DNA of 48,043 nt, taken from contig CAYHZS010000001.1 in the NCBI GenBank assembly GCA_964361185.1, forward strand, positions 1 to 48,043, in the 5' to 3' direction. The stretch is from an uncultured Candidatus Saccharibacteria bacterium (GTDB taxonomy: Bacteria; Patescibacteriota; Minisyncoccia; Phycocordibacterales; VMEP01). Both the position numbers and the translations under genes were made by a program. Of the stretch, positions 26,870-35,414 are shown one piece after another (within the stretch, counting starts at the first letter, position 1; each line of letters begins with the position of its first letter). The notes under the pieces are model-generated. The model saw only the letters and a program-made list of their open reading frames with translations. It was not told the origin of the DNA and searched no databases.

Positions 26870-28032
26870 GAAAGCGAACAGTTTTTTTCTTCAAGCACTT
26901 GCGCATAGAGTGCCATATATTCCTCACACATTTTTTCCAAAGAGAAGTTGTCGGACACCCATTTCCGGCTCCAGATACTCATGCGTTCGTACTCTTCTTT
27001 AGGCAGACTAAGAATGTACTCTATTCCCCTCCGCAAATCTTCCTCATCATCCAAAATGGCGATATAACCGGCTTTTTTGTGAGGCACCACTTCAGGCATG
27101 GCATCAATGTTCCAGGTTACTACAGGAATACCACACGCTAAAGCTTCGCCGGCGATAATACCAAACGAATCACCTTGAGTTGGATGGAGGAATACATCAG
27201 TGGCAGCAAGATACTTTGAAAGAATATTTTTTTCTTTAATATAAGGAACAGCAATAAAATTCTTGTTTGGTGTCTTGATATAGGTAAATCCTATTGCCAC
27301 AAAAAACACTTCGTTATTATCTGCGTAATTATCAATAATCCTGTTTGACGTGGGCCATCCTTTTATACTACAAGCGACAATTTTTTTATCCTGTGGCAAT
27401 CCAAGCTCTTTACGTAGGGCTGTTTTATCCTGTGGCTTATAGGTATCTACATCCACACAATTGTAAATTCTCATAATCTTTTGCCCGCCTAAAATACTTC
27501 GTTCCGCTTCCCTTTTTATCCATTCTGAAACTGCCACAATAATCAATTTTGATTTTGAATAGATTTTTTGCTTTATTTTGAGCAAATGAGGCGTATTGTC
27601 CCAAAGAAAAAGAAGGAATCTTTTTTTGCTATGATACTTTCGTGTGTAAGTGTCACTGGCAAAACCTGTGATGGGCCACAAACCATGTAACGTCCAGATA
27701 ACTGGCTTTCTTTTAGACATCTCCTCAAGCAACTTTAAATCAAAAAAATTGCTTTGAAGGTTGTGGCAATGAACAATATCTGCTTCCTTAAACTCCTTTG
27801 TCTCAAGAAGATATTTTGTGAATGAAAAGGTAAGGTCATTGGCGAATATCTTTACCAGCCAATCCTGATAGCGCTTGCGCGGAATAACGAAAACATCCGG
27901 TTCGTCCGAATATTTATAGCGCACGAACGTATTGACAGTATGTCCAAGAGACTTAAGTTTCTTTCTGAGCTCCCATGAAACAACCGCGGCACCACCCCTA
28001 TTGTCTATGGTACCGATGACAAAAATATTCAT
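26866..28032 (-). CDS. GT4 family glycosyltransferase
   Basis: N-terminal GGAAVVSWELRKKL and C-terminal HPTQGDSFGIIAGEALACGIPVVTWNIDAMPEVV. Its stop overlaps the convergent upstream gene's stop by 4 nt. Confidence 0.75.
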   Translation of the reverse strand: MNIFVIGTIDNRGGAAVVSWELRKKLKSLGHTVNTFVRYKYSDEPDVFVIPRKRYQDWLVKIFANDLTFSFTKYLLETKEFKEADIVHCHNLQSNFFDLKLLEEMSKRKPVIWTLHGLWPITGFASDTYTRKYHSKKRFLLFLWDNTPHLLKIKQKIYSKSKLIIVAVSEWIKREAERSILGGQKIMRIYNCVDVDTYKPQDKTALRKELGLPQDKKIVACSIKGWPTSNRIIDNYADNNEVFFVAIGFTYIKTPNKNFIAVPYIKEKNILSKYLAATDVFLHPTQGDSFGIIAGEALACGIPVVTWNIDAMPEVVPHKKAGYIAILDDEEDLRRGIEYILSLPKEEYERMSIWSRKWVSDNFSLEKMCEEYMALYAQVLEEKNCSLS

Positions 28033-28087
28033 AATTTACATACTTTACCACATGCGTAGTCCATGCAATAATTTCTCTCTAATTCTA

Positions 28088-28207
28088 ATGATGTCAACAA
28101 TCTATAAGTCAAAGCAGGAGACATGCCTTATAACCGGCGGAGTCGGTTTTATCGGGTTGCATTTGGTGGAGACGCTCCTAGACCAAGGTCACCGCGCAGT
28201 TGAGTAA
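28088..28207 (+). pseudogene. 39-codon N-terminal remnant of an extended-SDR sugar epimerase/dehydratase gene
   Basis: MMSTIYKSKQETCLITGGVGFIGLHLVETLLDQGHRAVE* carries the TGGxGFIGxHL Rossmann motif and then stops. It overlaps, antisense, the last 59 nt of the minus-strand methyltransferase gene. Confidence 0.6.
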
Positions 28208-28844
28208 TCTTCTCCCCTTCCACAACAAACGAAAGACTGAAAGCGTTTGGCGTAATTTCTGAAAGATTTTTTGTGATATACCTAAAATAAGGAACGGACT
28301 CAAAAAATGTATTTGTTCTCAATTTTACAACCTTGAGACCAACTTGACCAAACATGTTCCGGAGAATTGGCAGATTAAACCAGAATACATGACCTTTCTT
28401 GGGTCGATTATTTTCCGGGACTTTGCCGAATATAACTTGAAGCCTGGCTGGCAAAGAATTGAAATTTGGGACGCTTACGATAACGTGTTTTTTTGAAACG
28501 CGGACTGCTTCCCTCAAAAGAACCTCTGGATCATAAAGATGCTCTAAAAGGTCAAGCATCACGACGGTATCAAATGTATTGTCATTAAATGGAATCCTGC
28601 CGTTAAAGTCAAAAATAGAGGCTTTAAGGCCCTTTGAGAGCGTTTTTGCCACTCCTTCTTCCGATATATCCAAGCCCTCTCCTAATATGCCTTTCTGCCT
28701 CAAAAGGGATAGGAAGAGCCCGTCGCCTGAACCAAGGTCAAGGACTGTTCCATCATTAATCATACCGAGAGCCGCTTCGTGGCGGAAGCTAATAACCTGG
28801 TCATCTCTACCCCACCTGTCGTTTTCGAATTGTTTTACATTCAT
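28149..28844 (-). CDS. Class I SAM-dependent methyltransferase
   Basis: VLDLGSGDGLF (motif I), GLDISEEGV, VVMLDLLEHLYDP. The last ~20 codons (..TQLRGDLGLGASPPNATR) are encoded antisense to the SDR remnant. Confidence 0.75.
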   Translation of the reverse strand: MNVKQFENDRWGRDDQVISFRHEAALGMINDGTVLDLGSGDGLFLSLLRQKGILGEGLDISEEGVAKTLSKGLKASIFDFNGRIPFNDNTFDTVVMLDLLEHLYDPEVLLREAVRVSKKHVIVSVPNFNSLPARLQVIFGKVPENNRPKKGHVFWFNLPILRNMFGQVGLKVVKLRTNTFFESVPYFRYITKNLSEITPNAFSLSFVVEGEKITQLRGDLGLGASPPNATR

Positions 28845-29953
28845 GAAGTCTTAGTAATCATCTCACGGAAACGCTTGGCCACAATGACCAAGTCATACTT
28901 GGCTGCTTCTTTCTTAAGTCCACTTGAAATTATTTTTCGTTCGTCGCTGTTTTTTGCGATTAATTCACATAGCTTCTCCGTAAATGACCTTACGTCTCCA
29001 GTATGAATAAGATACTGGCTCATGAGGACAGGTGTAATATCCCTAACCGCCCCGACATCGGAAGCAACGAACGGAACACCCATAGCCATCGATTCGAGAA
29101 GCACCCGCGGAAAACCTTCTTCCTCCGACGGCATAAAAAATACATCGGCACAGGATAAATATTTTGGTATCAGAGAGTTAGGAACCTCTCCTTCCAATCT
29201 CATAAAACGGGAAAGGGATGTGTCGTTTTTTAAAGCCCCGAGCAAACGCGCATAATCAGGACCGTCACCCACAACAATAAAATAGACCTCCGGATAAAGT
29301 TCTGTAACCTTACGCGCGACAGGCAAAATCATATCCGACCCCTTCCTTTTAGAAAGATGATGGATAAAAAGAGCTATCTTTCTTCCCGTAGGAATTTTTA
29401 AAGCTTCACAAATTGCTGTATCGTTTTTAGGCAAATTAAAACGTTTCAAATCTATCCAGTTGGGCATTATTTTTATTCTCCCGCGTGAAGTTCCGTAATA
29501 TTTGGAATATTGATCCGCGAGCGACGGTGCCCCGGTTACCTGAAAATCGATAATCTTATAAACCAAGCGTTCGAATCGCTCCCTTAAAAAATTACGCTTG
29601 TATTTCCATGGCTCACCGCAATTCCAATAAAATGTTCTGCCACCGAAGGAACGTGTTACAAGGGAGCCCAAAAACGCCGACCGGAAAGAGTAGTGCACGT
29701 AAAAATCAGAGTACCCAAGAATGCGGGCATAGATAATAGCCATCTTAAGTTCTACAAATTTTAGTAGGGACGGCATCCGGGAAACGTAAACCATGCTATA
29801 GCCGAGCGACTGCGGTGGCTTTGAGCCATTTTCTATAATAAGAAACAGGTTGAAAGATTTTGAAATCTCAGTCAGCAAATCATGCACATGAGAAAAATGA
29901 GTCGTATCGTTCGAAACATATCTGGGCAAAATGAAACAAAGTTTTGGCATCAT
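28841..29953 (-). CDS. GT4 family glycosyltransferase
   Basis: FFMPSEEEGFPRVLLESMAMGVPFVASDVGAVRDI. ATGA overlap with the downstream methyltransferase gene. Confidence 0.75.
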   Translation of the reverse strand: MMPKLCFILPRYVSNDTTHFSHVHDLLTEISKSFNLFLIIENGSKPPQSLGYSMVYVSRMPSLLKFVELKMAIIYARILGYSDFYVHYSFRSAFLGSLVTRSFGGRTFYWNCGEPWKYKRNFLRERFERLVYKIIDFQVTGAPSLADQYSKYYGTSRGRIKIMPNWIDLKRFNLPKNDTAICEALKIPTGRKIALFIHHLSKRKGSDMILPVARKVTELYPEVYFIVVGDGPDYARLLGALKNDTSLSRFMRLEGEVPNSLIPKYLSCADVFFMPSEEEGFPRVLLESMAMGVPFVASDVGAVRDITPVLMSQYLIHTGDVRSFTEKLCELIAKNSDERKIISSGLKKEAAKYDLVIVAKRFREMITKTS

Positions 29954-29971
29954 GTTATCTGGATTTCCTGA

Positions 29972-30085
29972 TTAAAAACCGGTGTATTTTGAAGCTATAG
30001 TGAGACCGCCTTTCAGAATCATAGCTGCGCTGTCGTGCGCCCAAAAAGTAAGACCAGGTACCTGGTTTATCCCTAAAATGTTCAT
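29972..30085 (-). pseudogene. 37-codon N-terminal remnant resembling a NodU/CmcH-type carbamoyltransferase
   Basis: MNILGINQVPGLTFWAHDSAAMILKGGLTIASKYTGF* resembles the carbamoyltransferase N-terminus M.ILGI....HDSAAAL..DG. TAA at 29972-29974 lies 18 nt before the next gene start. Confidence 0.4.
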
Positions 30086-30165
30086 AATAAGGTCATTATA
30101 GCCATATCAAATAAAGTGTAAACGATAAATTTTCCTTAGAAATCAATGTTTTTAGGAAAAATACT

Positions 30166-31737
30166 CTACTGAAATCCTATGTTTAAAACATACTCCGCCT
30201 TTGAGTAGTAGCTGGTAATATACAAAAATCTGACTTTAAAATAGTGAATATTCCCGAGAAATAAAACAGTAAATGCGAAAACACAAGCACCTTGAAAAAT
30301 TCTAAACGCTTTATTCTTAAACTCCTGCCCAAACATAATTTCAATTTCAATAAACAGCTTATCCAGCAAAACAGCCAAAAGAGGCGGAATCATAATTAAG
30401 ACCGGAAGCATGAATCTGATTTCATGGGAAAAGTAAAATGAAAGCAAAAGATATATTTCAATAAAAACAAATATCAGTACTTCTGCCACCGTAACTATAC
30501 GCTTGCGCGCGATAAAAAAAAGAATAAGAACATAAAGAAGCGCGAAATAGGCTAGCACGACCAGCCGACTGGAACTTTCAATGTCGGAAATAAACCATTG
30601 CCCGAATCTGTAAAAGGGAAAGAACAGAAAATTGACGAAATCCCTTTCCATAATGAAACGGGCTATGTCGGCCTGCATCTCCGGCATGGAAAATATCGGA
30701 TACACCGGATTGCCGTATAGAAAGAAATTTTTCACGTACCAAAAACCGGAGATTGCCAAAGCCACAGCTGAGTACTTCATGAAATATCCGGCTATTCTGG
30801 GAAAAGACAACTTATTTTTGACAAAAAGAAATGTCAGGAACAGGCCATTTATAAGAGCAAAAAACAGGGCAATGGATTTTGAGCTCAATGCTACGCCTAA
30901 AAGTACGGCCGACAAACTCAGTTTTTTATTTTGTATTTCCGCGGACAAACAACTTTCAATCACCAAAAGTACGCTGGTTATCCCGAACAGGTAGACAAAT
31001 ACATCTATATAACCACCATGCATTATTTCTCTCTGAAAATCCATAGTAGACAAAAGAAATAAAATCGGAACAATTCCAAAAAACCTGTTCTTCAGAAAGG
31101 GTTTAGTGAACTCGTACAGAAGCACCAGAAATAGAATAAGAGCGCTATATTGAAGTATTTGGAATACATACGGATCAAGCGAGTCCCCAAAAAGAACAAT
31201 CGGAATGGCGTAAATCGTCTCCACTAAAATGGCCCTCCAGTTAAAGAACGGGCTGGCCGGGTCAAAAGCTACTCTCCCCTGCGCGACCATTTCCGAAATT
31301 ATGGGAAGGTGATACGCCTTGGTGTCATATCCGGTAACCGGTACGAACACTATAAAGAAATTTATAAAAATCCAAACGACAATCAGTAATTTCAAATATC
31401 TGTTTTCGGAAAATATTTCCCTGGTATAAAGTTTTATTCTGGAAAGAAAAGACTTCCACTCCAATAACAAGCCAAACTGGGACGCTATAATTTTCCTTTG
31501 AAGAAAGAGGATCAAAAGCGCGAGCGCGTAAAGATATGTTTTTTCAAACAAGCCGGCGAGCGCGAGCGCGAATCCCAAAATCCCCCAGAGTCCATATCCT
31601 AAAATGACGGAATAGGTAGCATCTTTGAGCGCGGATTCAAGCTTTGAACCGGACAGGCGAAAATACAGGATTCCTAGAAGATAGGCTAAGTATATGAATG
31701 CAACTGACTCTAAAAAAATCGCCAAATTATGAATCAT
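30166..31737 (-). CDS. Large polytopic membrane protein, GT-C-like glycosyltransferase or polymerase candidate
   Basis: 523 aa with more than 12 hydrophobic segments. An early loop has GYDTKAYHLPIISEM (acidic residue plus YH, as in many GT-C first loops). Last gene of a GT2-SDR-GMC operon. Confidence 0.45.
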   Translation of the reverse strand: MIHNLAIFLESVAFIYLAYLLGILYFRLSGSKLESALKDATYSVILGYGLWGILGFALALAGLFEKTYLYALALLILFLQRKIIASQFGLLLEWKSFLSRIKLYTREIFSENRYLKLLIVVWIFINFFIVFVPVTGYDTKAYHLPIISEMVAQGRVAFDPASPFFNWRAILVETIYAIPIVLFGDSLDPYVFQILQYSALILFLVLLYEFTKPFLKNRFFGIVPILFLLSTMDFQREIMHGGYIDVFVYLFGITSVLLVIESCLSAEIQNKKLSLSAVLLGVALSSKSIALFFALINGLFLTFLFVKNKLSFPRIAGYFMKYSAVALAISGFWYVKNFFLYGNPVYPIFSMPEMQADIARFIMERDFVNFLFFPFYRFGQWFISDIESSSRLVVLAYFALLYVLILFFIARKRIVTVAEVLIFVFIEIYLLLSFYFSHEIRFMLPVLIMIPPLLAVLLDKLFIEIEIMFGQEFKNKAFRIFQGACVFAFTVLFLGNIHYFKVRFLYITSYYSKAEYVLNIGFQ

Positions 31738-31748
31738 GGATTACGTGT

Positions 31749-33338
31749 TTATATAAGTGATTTTAGAAAAAGGTTCTTGACGTGTCTACCGATTCTATCA
31801 GCATTAGCCATGATGGTCAGGGCAGGGGGTTTCGCGGGCAATACCTTCCATGTCGCCGAATCCGCGATAAAAATTCGCCTTGCGTTATGCAACTGCCCAT
31901 ATTCATTCGCACTAAGTATCTGCCCAGTCACAGGACCACCGAATGGTACTCCCCCGGCATAATGAGCAGCGACACCGAAAGGATTGTGTACGGTCTTAAG
32001 GGGAACAAGGCCGAGGCGGATTAAGGATTTCTTTATCCTACCCAATTGTTTGTCTCTATCAATCTTTTTTCCCTCTGGGTTAAAATGCGAGATATCAATA
32101 AAATCTCCGCCTCCAGAGGCTTTTTTCAGGGACATAAGCATATTGGGAGCAGAGGGAAACCGCACGTCCGCGAGCATTATCGAAGGCACAAAAAGGGAGA
32201 GGAGAGACAACGCCTCAGGTTTAGGCATGGGGACATAAGGAAGCAACTTGTGAAGAAGGAGTGAATTATAGCTGTAAAGCTGTGAGTAAGAGGACTGCTC
32301 TTCATCGTAAACAGCCAGCTGGCACAAGCTATGGCGCCTTATTGTCGGCTCCTTGCCAAGCCTATTGAGTAATACGCACGGTATTATGAAATTATCTTTA
32401 ATAAGAACCGGCACCCCCTTATCAAAAAGGCCGAAACTCCTTAACAAGAGCCTTGTTGTGTTAATAGCGCCTAAAGCGACAATTACAACCTTCGCCTCGA
32501 GAGAAGACTCCTCTCCGTTTTCAATATTACTGAAACGAACAATAACATGGTCGTCGTAGTTCTCCACGCGAGTGACCAAATTTTTATCGGCATAAGTAAA
32601 ATTATCCTCGCCTAAAAGAGCTTCAAGCGTGTAGTGCCCGCGGTATACCGAACGTCCGATATTGTCCCAAAAATCCATATCGCGGTATTCCGTCTTCTTT
32701 CTTGAACCAAAATCGCTGGTAAGTAGAGCTAGGGGCGGACGGGAAACTTTGAAACCGGAACTATCAAAAAATGACCTCTTTCCATTATAAGCCTGTAAGA
32801 CCGACTGGGCATTTTCATCAATAAAAGCCGGAGGCAAAAGGTCAAAATCACTGCTGTCTCCCGAAACCCCTATTCTTTTTATGACTGCCCTATAACTTTC
32901 CTTCATCTCGTCCGGAGGCAATCCAACTGACCGGCATTCTTCATCATCGAAAAATCCGCAAACTGCCCCCCAAGCCTCGGAAAGTCCTCCTCGGGCAAGG
33001 CTTTGCAAAATTATCGCGCCGTCGGTTTTAATTGGAGAATATTTGTCCGAGGCTCTTGTGACATATGATCTGCGCCCGCTTGTCATATTCCCCGAGTGAC
33101 CGGCGCTTTCATTCGGCGCTGATACGCCGGACAAATCATCTCCTAAAAATATCCTGTGTTGAGAAGGGTCTGTACGCCTTTCTTCTTCAAATGAAACATT
33201 CTCCCCTTGTTCCAAGGTGGCAGACTCATTAAAGCCGACGTCGATCATAATCACACTGGCCTTATTTCCGACAACAGCCGAAGCCGCGTGAAGACCTGCG
33301 AGTCCGCTACCGATAATGGCAATATCAAATTTAGGCAT
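31749..33338 (-). CDS. GMC family FAD-dependent oxidoreductase
   Basis: N-terminal DIAIIGSGLAGLHAA (GxGxxG). C-terminal AAHYAGGVPFG and RIFIADSATWKVLPAKPPALTIMANADRIG match GMC C-terminal domain blocks. Confidence 0.7.
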   Translation of the reverse strand: MPKFDIAIIGSGLAGLHAASAVVGNKASVIMIDVGFNESATLEQGENVSFEEERRTDPSQHRIFLGDDLSGVSAPNESAGHSGNMTSGRRSYVTRASDKYSPIKTDGAIILQSLARGGLSEAWGAVCGFFDDEECRSVGLPPDEMKESYRAVIKRIGVSGDSSDFDLLPPAFIDENAQSVLQAYNGKRSFFDSSGFKVSRPPLALLTSDFGSRKKTEYRDMDFWDNIGRSVYRGHYTLEALLGEDNFTYADKNLVTRVENYDDHVIVRFSNIENGEESSLEAKVVIVALGAINTTRLLLRSFGLFDKGVPVLIKDNFIIPCVLLNRLGKEPTIRRHSLCQLAVYDEEQSSYSQLYSYNSLLLHKLLPYVPMPKPEALSLLSLFVPSIMLADVRFPSAPNMLMSLKKASGGGDFIDISHFNPEGKKIDRDKQLGRIKKSLIRLGLVPLKTVHNPFGVAAHYAGGVPFGGPVTGQILSANEYGQLHNARRIFIADSATWKVLPAKPPALTIMANADRIGRHVKNLFLKSLI

Positions 33339-34614
33339 TTTTTTTGATTACTCCGGGTATAAGGAAAAAAACGGCTCCCGTTATGAATTTAGCGGTAAAT
33401 CGTATCCAGGCATAAAAAATTCCGGCGGCCAAACGGGAAATTCCTGTTTTTTTCGGCAGAAGCCATTCGCTTGAAAGAGGGCTGCACTCAATAACCGCCG
33501 CGGCTAAAAAAAGCTTCTTTTGAAAAATCCCTTTCGGGTGAGAAAATCGGGTAAACGCGTCTAGAGCACCCGCAAAAAACCTGTTGCGGATAATCCACCC
33601 GCTCACGTGATGATCCCCCAGTTTATGTTTGATGATTAATTTCTCGTAAATATCGGGGTAATACGGACCGACGGGAGCGCCTGAGAGTATGTAGCTCATA
33701 AGCGCCCGCGACTCCGAGAAAGGCTCTTCTTTTTGCCGCCTCAATTCTTTTAAGCCAGCCGAAAGCGTGCGGGGATGAAAATCATATTCGCGCGAAAAAT
33801 TTTCCGGGAGCACGGGAGCATCCTGGTGCATGGCCAAAACATTACTCATTGTAAGTGGCGGTTTTTTAAAAAATAATTTCAGTAGCCTGGCCAAACCACG
33901 GCCCAGAAAAATCGGTATGTGGACTAAAGTAACCCTCCTGCCATTGACTTCGCCGGCTACCCTCTGCACCAATTTATTGAAAGAGATTTCATCGGGTCCG
34001 CCTAAATCATAGGTTACATTCCCATGGAAAGGACGGGAAATAGTTTTTCGAATGGCCAGGGCTACGTCCTCTACGTGAATAGGACGTGAAATGAACGCAC
34101 CAGGACCAAAAACCGGGACAATGGGGAGTCTGGTAGATCCGATAAGCGTCCCGAAAATACCGCTTTTAAGGTCCCCATATACGATACTTGATTTCAGGGT
34201 AATGACCGGAATACCTCCAGAATTAAATATCTCATCCGCTTTATTTTTGGTTTCCGCGTACAATCCCTTGTTTGGAAGCTTCGTGGAAACAGTGCTTACA
34301 TTTATCAATCCCAGAACCCCGTTCGCCAGGCACGCCTCCAAAAGATTTCTTGCTCCCGTGACGTTTATTTCATGGCTTTCTTCTTCGTCCGACTTTGCCG
34401 CCGCCAGATGAATTACGATACCAACTCCATCCGTTCCCTTAAGTAATGTTTCTCTATTCCGCATGTCCCCCAAACACCACTGGAGATTTTCATGATAAAA
34501 AGAAATCCTATTCGCCCCGCGGACAAAAGCGATTACTTCATGGCCTTTCTCCAGAAGTTCTCTAATTACGGCTGTCCCGATAAATCCTCCTGCTCCAGTT
34601 ACAAAGATTTTCAT
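33331..34614 (-). CDS. NAD-dependent epimerase/dehydratase-type SDR with about 120-aa hydrophobic C-terminal extension
   Basis: MKIFVTGAGGFIGTAVIRELLEKGHEV, YAETKNKAD (YxxxK). The C-terminal part contains hydrophobic segments (LFLAAAVIECSPL, FITGAVFFLIPGVI). Overlaps the GMC gene start by 8 nt. Confidence 0.7.
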   Translation of the reverse strand: MKIFVTGAGGFIGTAVIRELLEKGHEVIAFVRGANRISFYHENLQWCLGDMRNRETLLKGTDGVGIVIHLAAAKSDEEESHEINVTGARNLLEACLANGVLGLINVSTVSTKLPNKGLYAETKNKADEIFNSGGIPVITLKSSIVYGDLKSGIFGTLIGSTRLPIVPVFGPGAFISRPIHVEDVALAIRKTISRPFHGNVTYDLGGPDEISFNKLVQRVAGEVNGRRVTLVHIPIFLGRGLARLLKLFFKKPPLTMSNVLAMHQDAPVLPENFSREYDFHPRTLSAGLKELRRQKEEPFSESRALMSYILSGAPVGPYYPDIYEKLIIKHKLGDHHVSGWIIRNRFFAGALDAFTRFSHPKGIFQKKLFLAAAVIECSPLSSEWLLPKKTGISRLAAGIFYAWIRFTAKFITGAVFFLIPGVIKKNA

Positions 34615-34632
34615 ATTATGTATCTGGAATAT

Positions 34633-35322
34633 TTACTTACCGACAAAACGATTCTTAAAAATCCACCAGAGATGGCTGAACCCGGTTTTCCAATATACCT
34701 GCTTGGACTTTCCTCCCCGCTGATACTGGGAGATGCCGTACTCCTCGAATTTTATTTCCTTGCGGGAAGCGGCGTTCAGTTTAATCTGGGGGCTTAAATT
34801 CCAGTCCCCCATATTAAGACCTAATTTATCTACAACCTCCCTCCTGAACACCCACATTCCTGAAAGAATATCTTTTATTCTAATTCCGTACAGCAAAAAA
34901 ACTTCGGTGTTCAGAACCCTGACGCCCAATTGGAGCATAGGAGAAATTTGCGTCTCCTCTTTCAGGGGGTAACGATTGCACGAAATGAAGTCAGCCGGCT
35001 TGTCCAAAAGATAATCTATGACGCGTGAAAGTTCTTCTATTGGGTAAGTAAGATCTCCGTCAGCGGTGGCGATAATATCGCCCGTTGCGCTCTTCATTCC
35101 GGTCATGTGAGCAAAACCGTATCCTATTCCATTTAAAACACGGTCATCTTCCAGAGCAATAGCGCCGAGTTCTTTCGCCTTGTCCAAAGTACGGTCAGTC
35201 GATTTATTACTGACAATGATTACTTCGTCGACAAATTTTGGTATGCGGGACAGCATCTCTGGGAGATGATTCTCTTCGTTCCTGCACGGGAAATAGACGC
35301 TAATTTTCTTGCCTCGGTACAT
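34633..35322 (-). CDS. GT2, DPM1-like polyprenyl-phosphate glycosyltransferase (soluble form)
   Basis: ISVYFPCRNEENHL, IIVSNKSTDRT, TADGDLTYP. 229 aa with no transmembrane segment. Confidence 0.7.
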   Translation of the reverse strand: MYRGKKISVYFPCRNEENHLPEMLSRIPKFVDEVIIVSNKSTDRTLDKAKELGAIALEDDRVLNGIGYGFAHMTGMKSATGDIIATADGDLTYPIEELSRVIDYLLDKPADFISCNRYPLKEETQISPMLQLGVRVLNTEVFLLYGIRIKDILSGMWVFRREVVDKLGLNMGDWNLSPQIKLNAASRKEIKFEEYGISQYQRGGKSKQVYWKTGFSHLWWIFKNRFVGK

Positions 35323-35414
35323 AAACGTTATTTCAGTAATTACAACAATAACACGCTTGCGTCAGCCGAATCAAACATTATTTATAAGCATCTTTAGGTC
35401 GTGTATTGGGGAAC

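Noticed and set aside
27932-28207. The 91-aa plus-strand ORF considered as a genuine gene.
   Set aside because: The first ~52 codons are antisense to the start of the GT4 gene and look random. Only the last 39 codons (from ATG 28088) carry the SDR Rossmann motif, so it is reported as a remnant instead.
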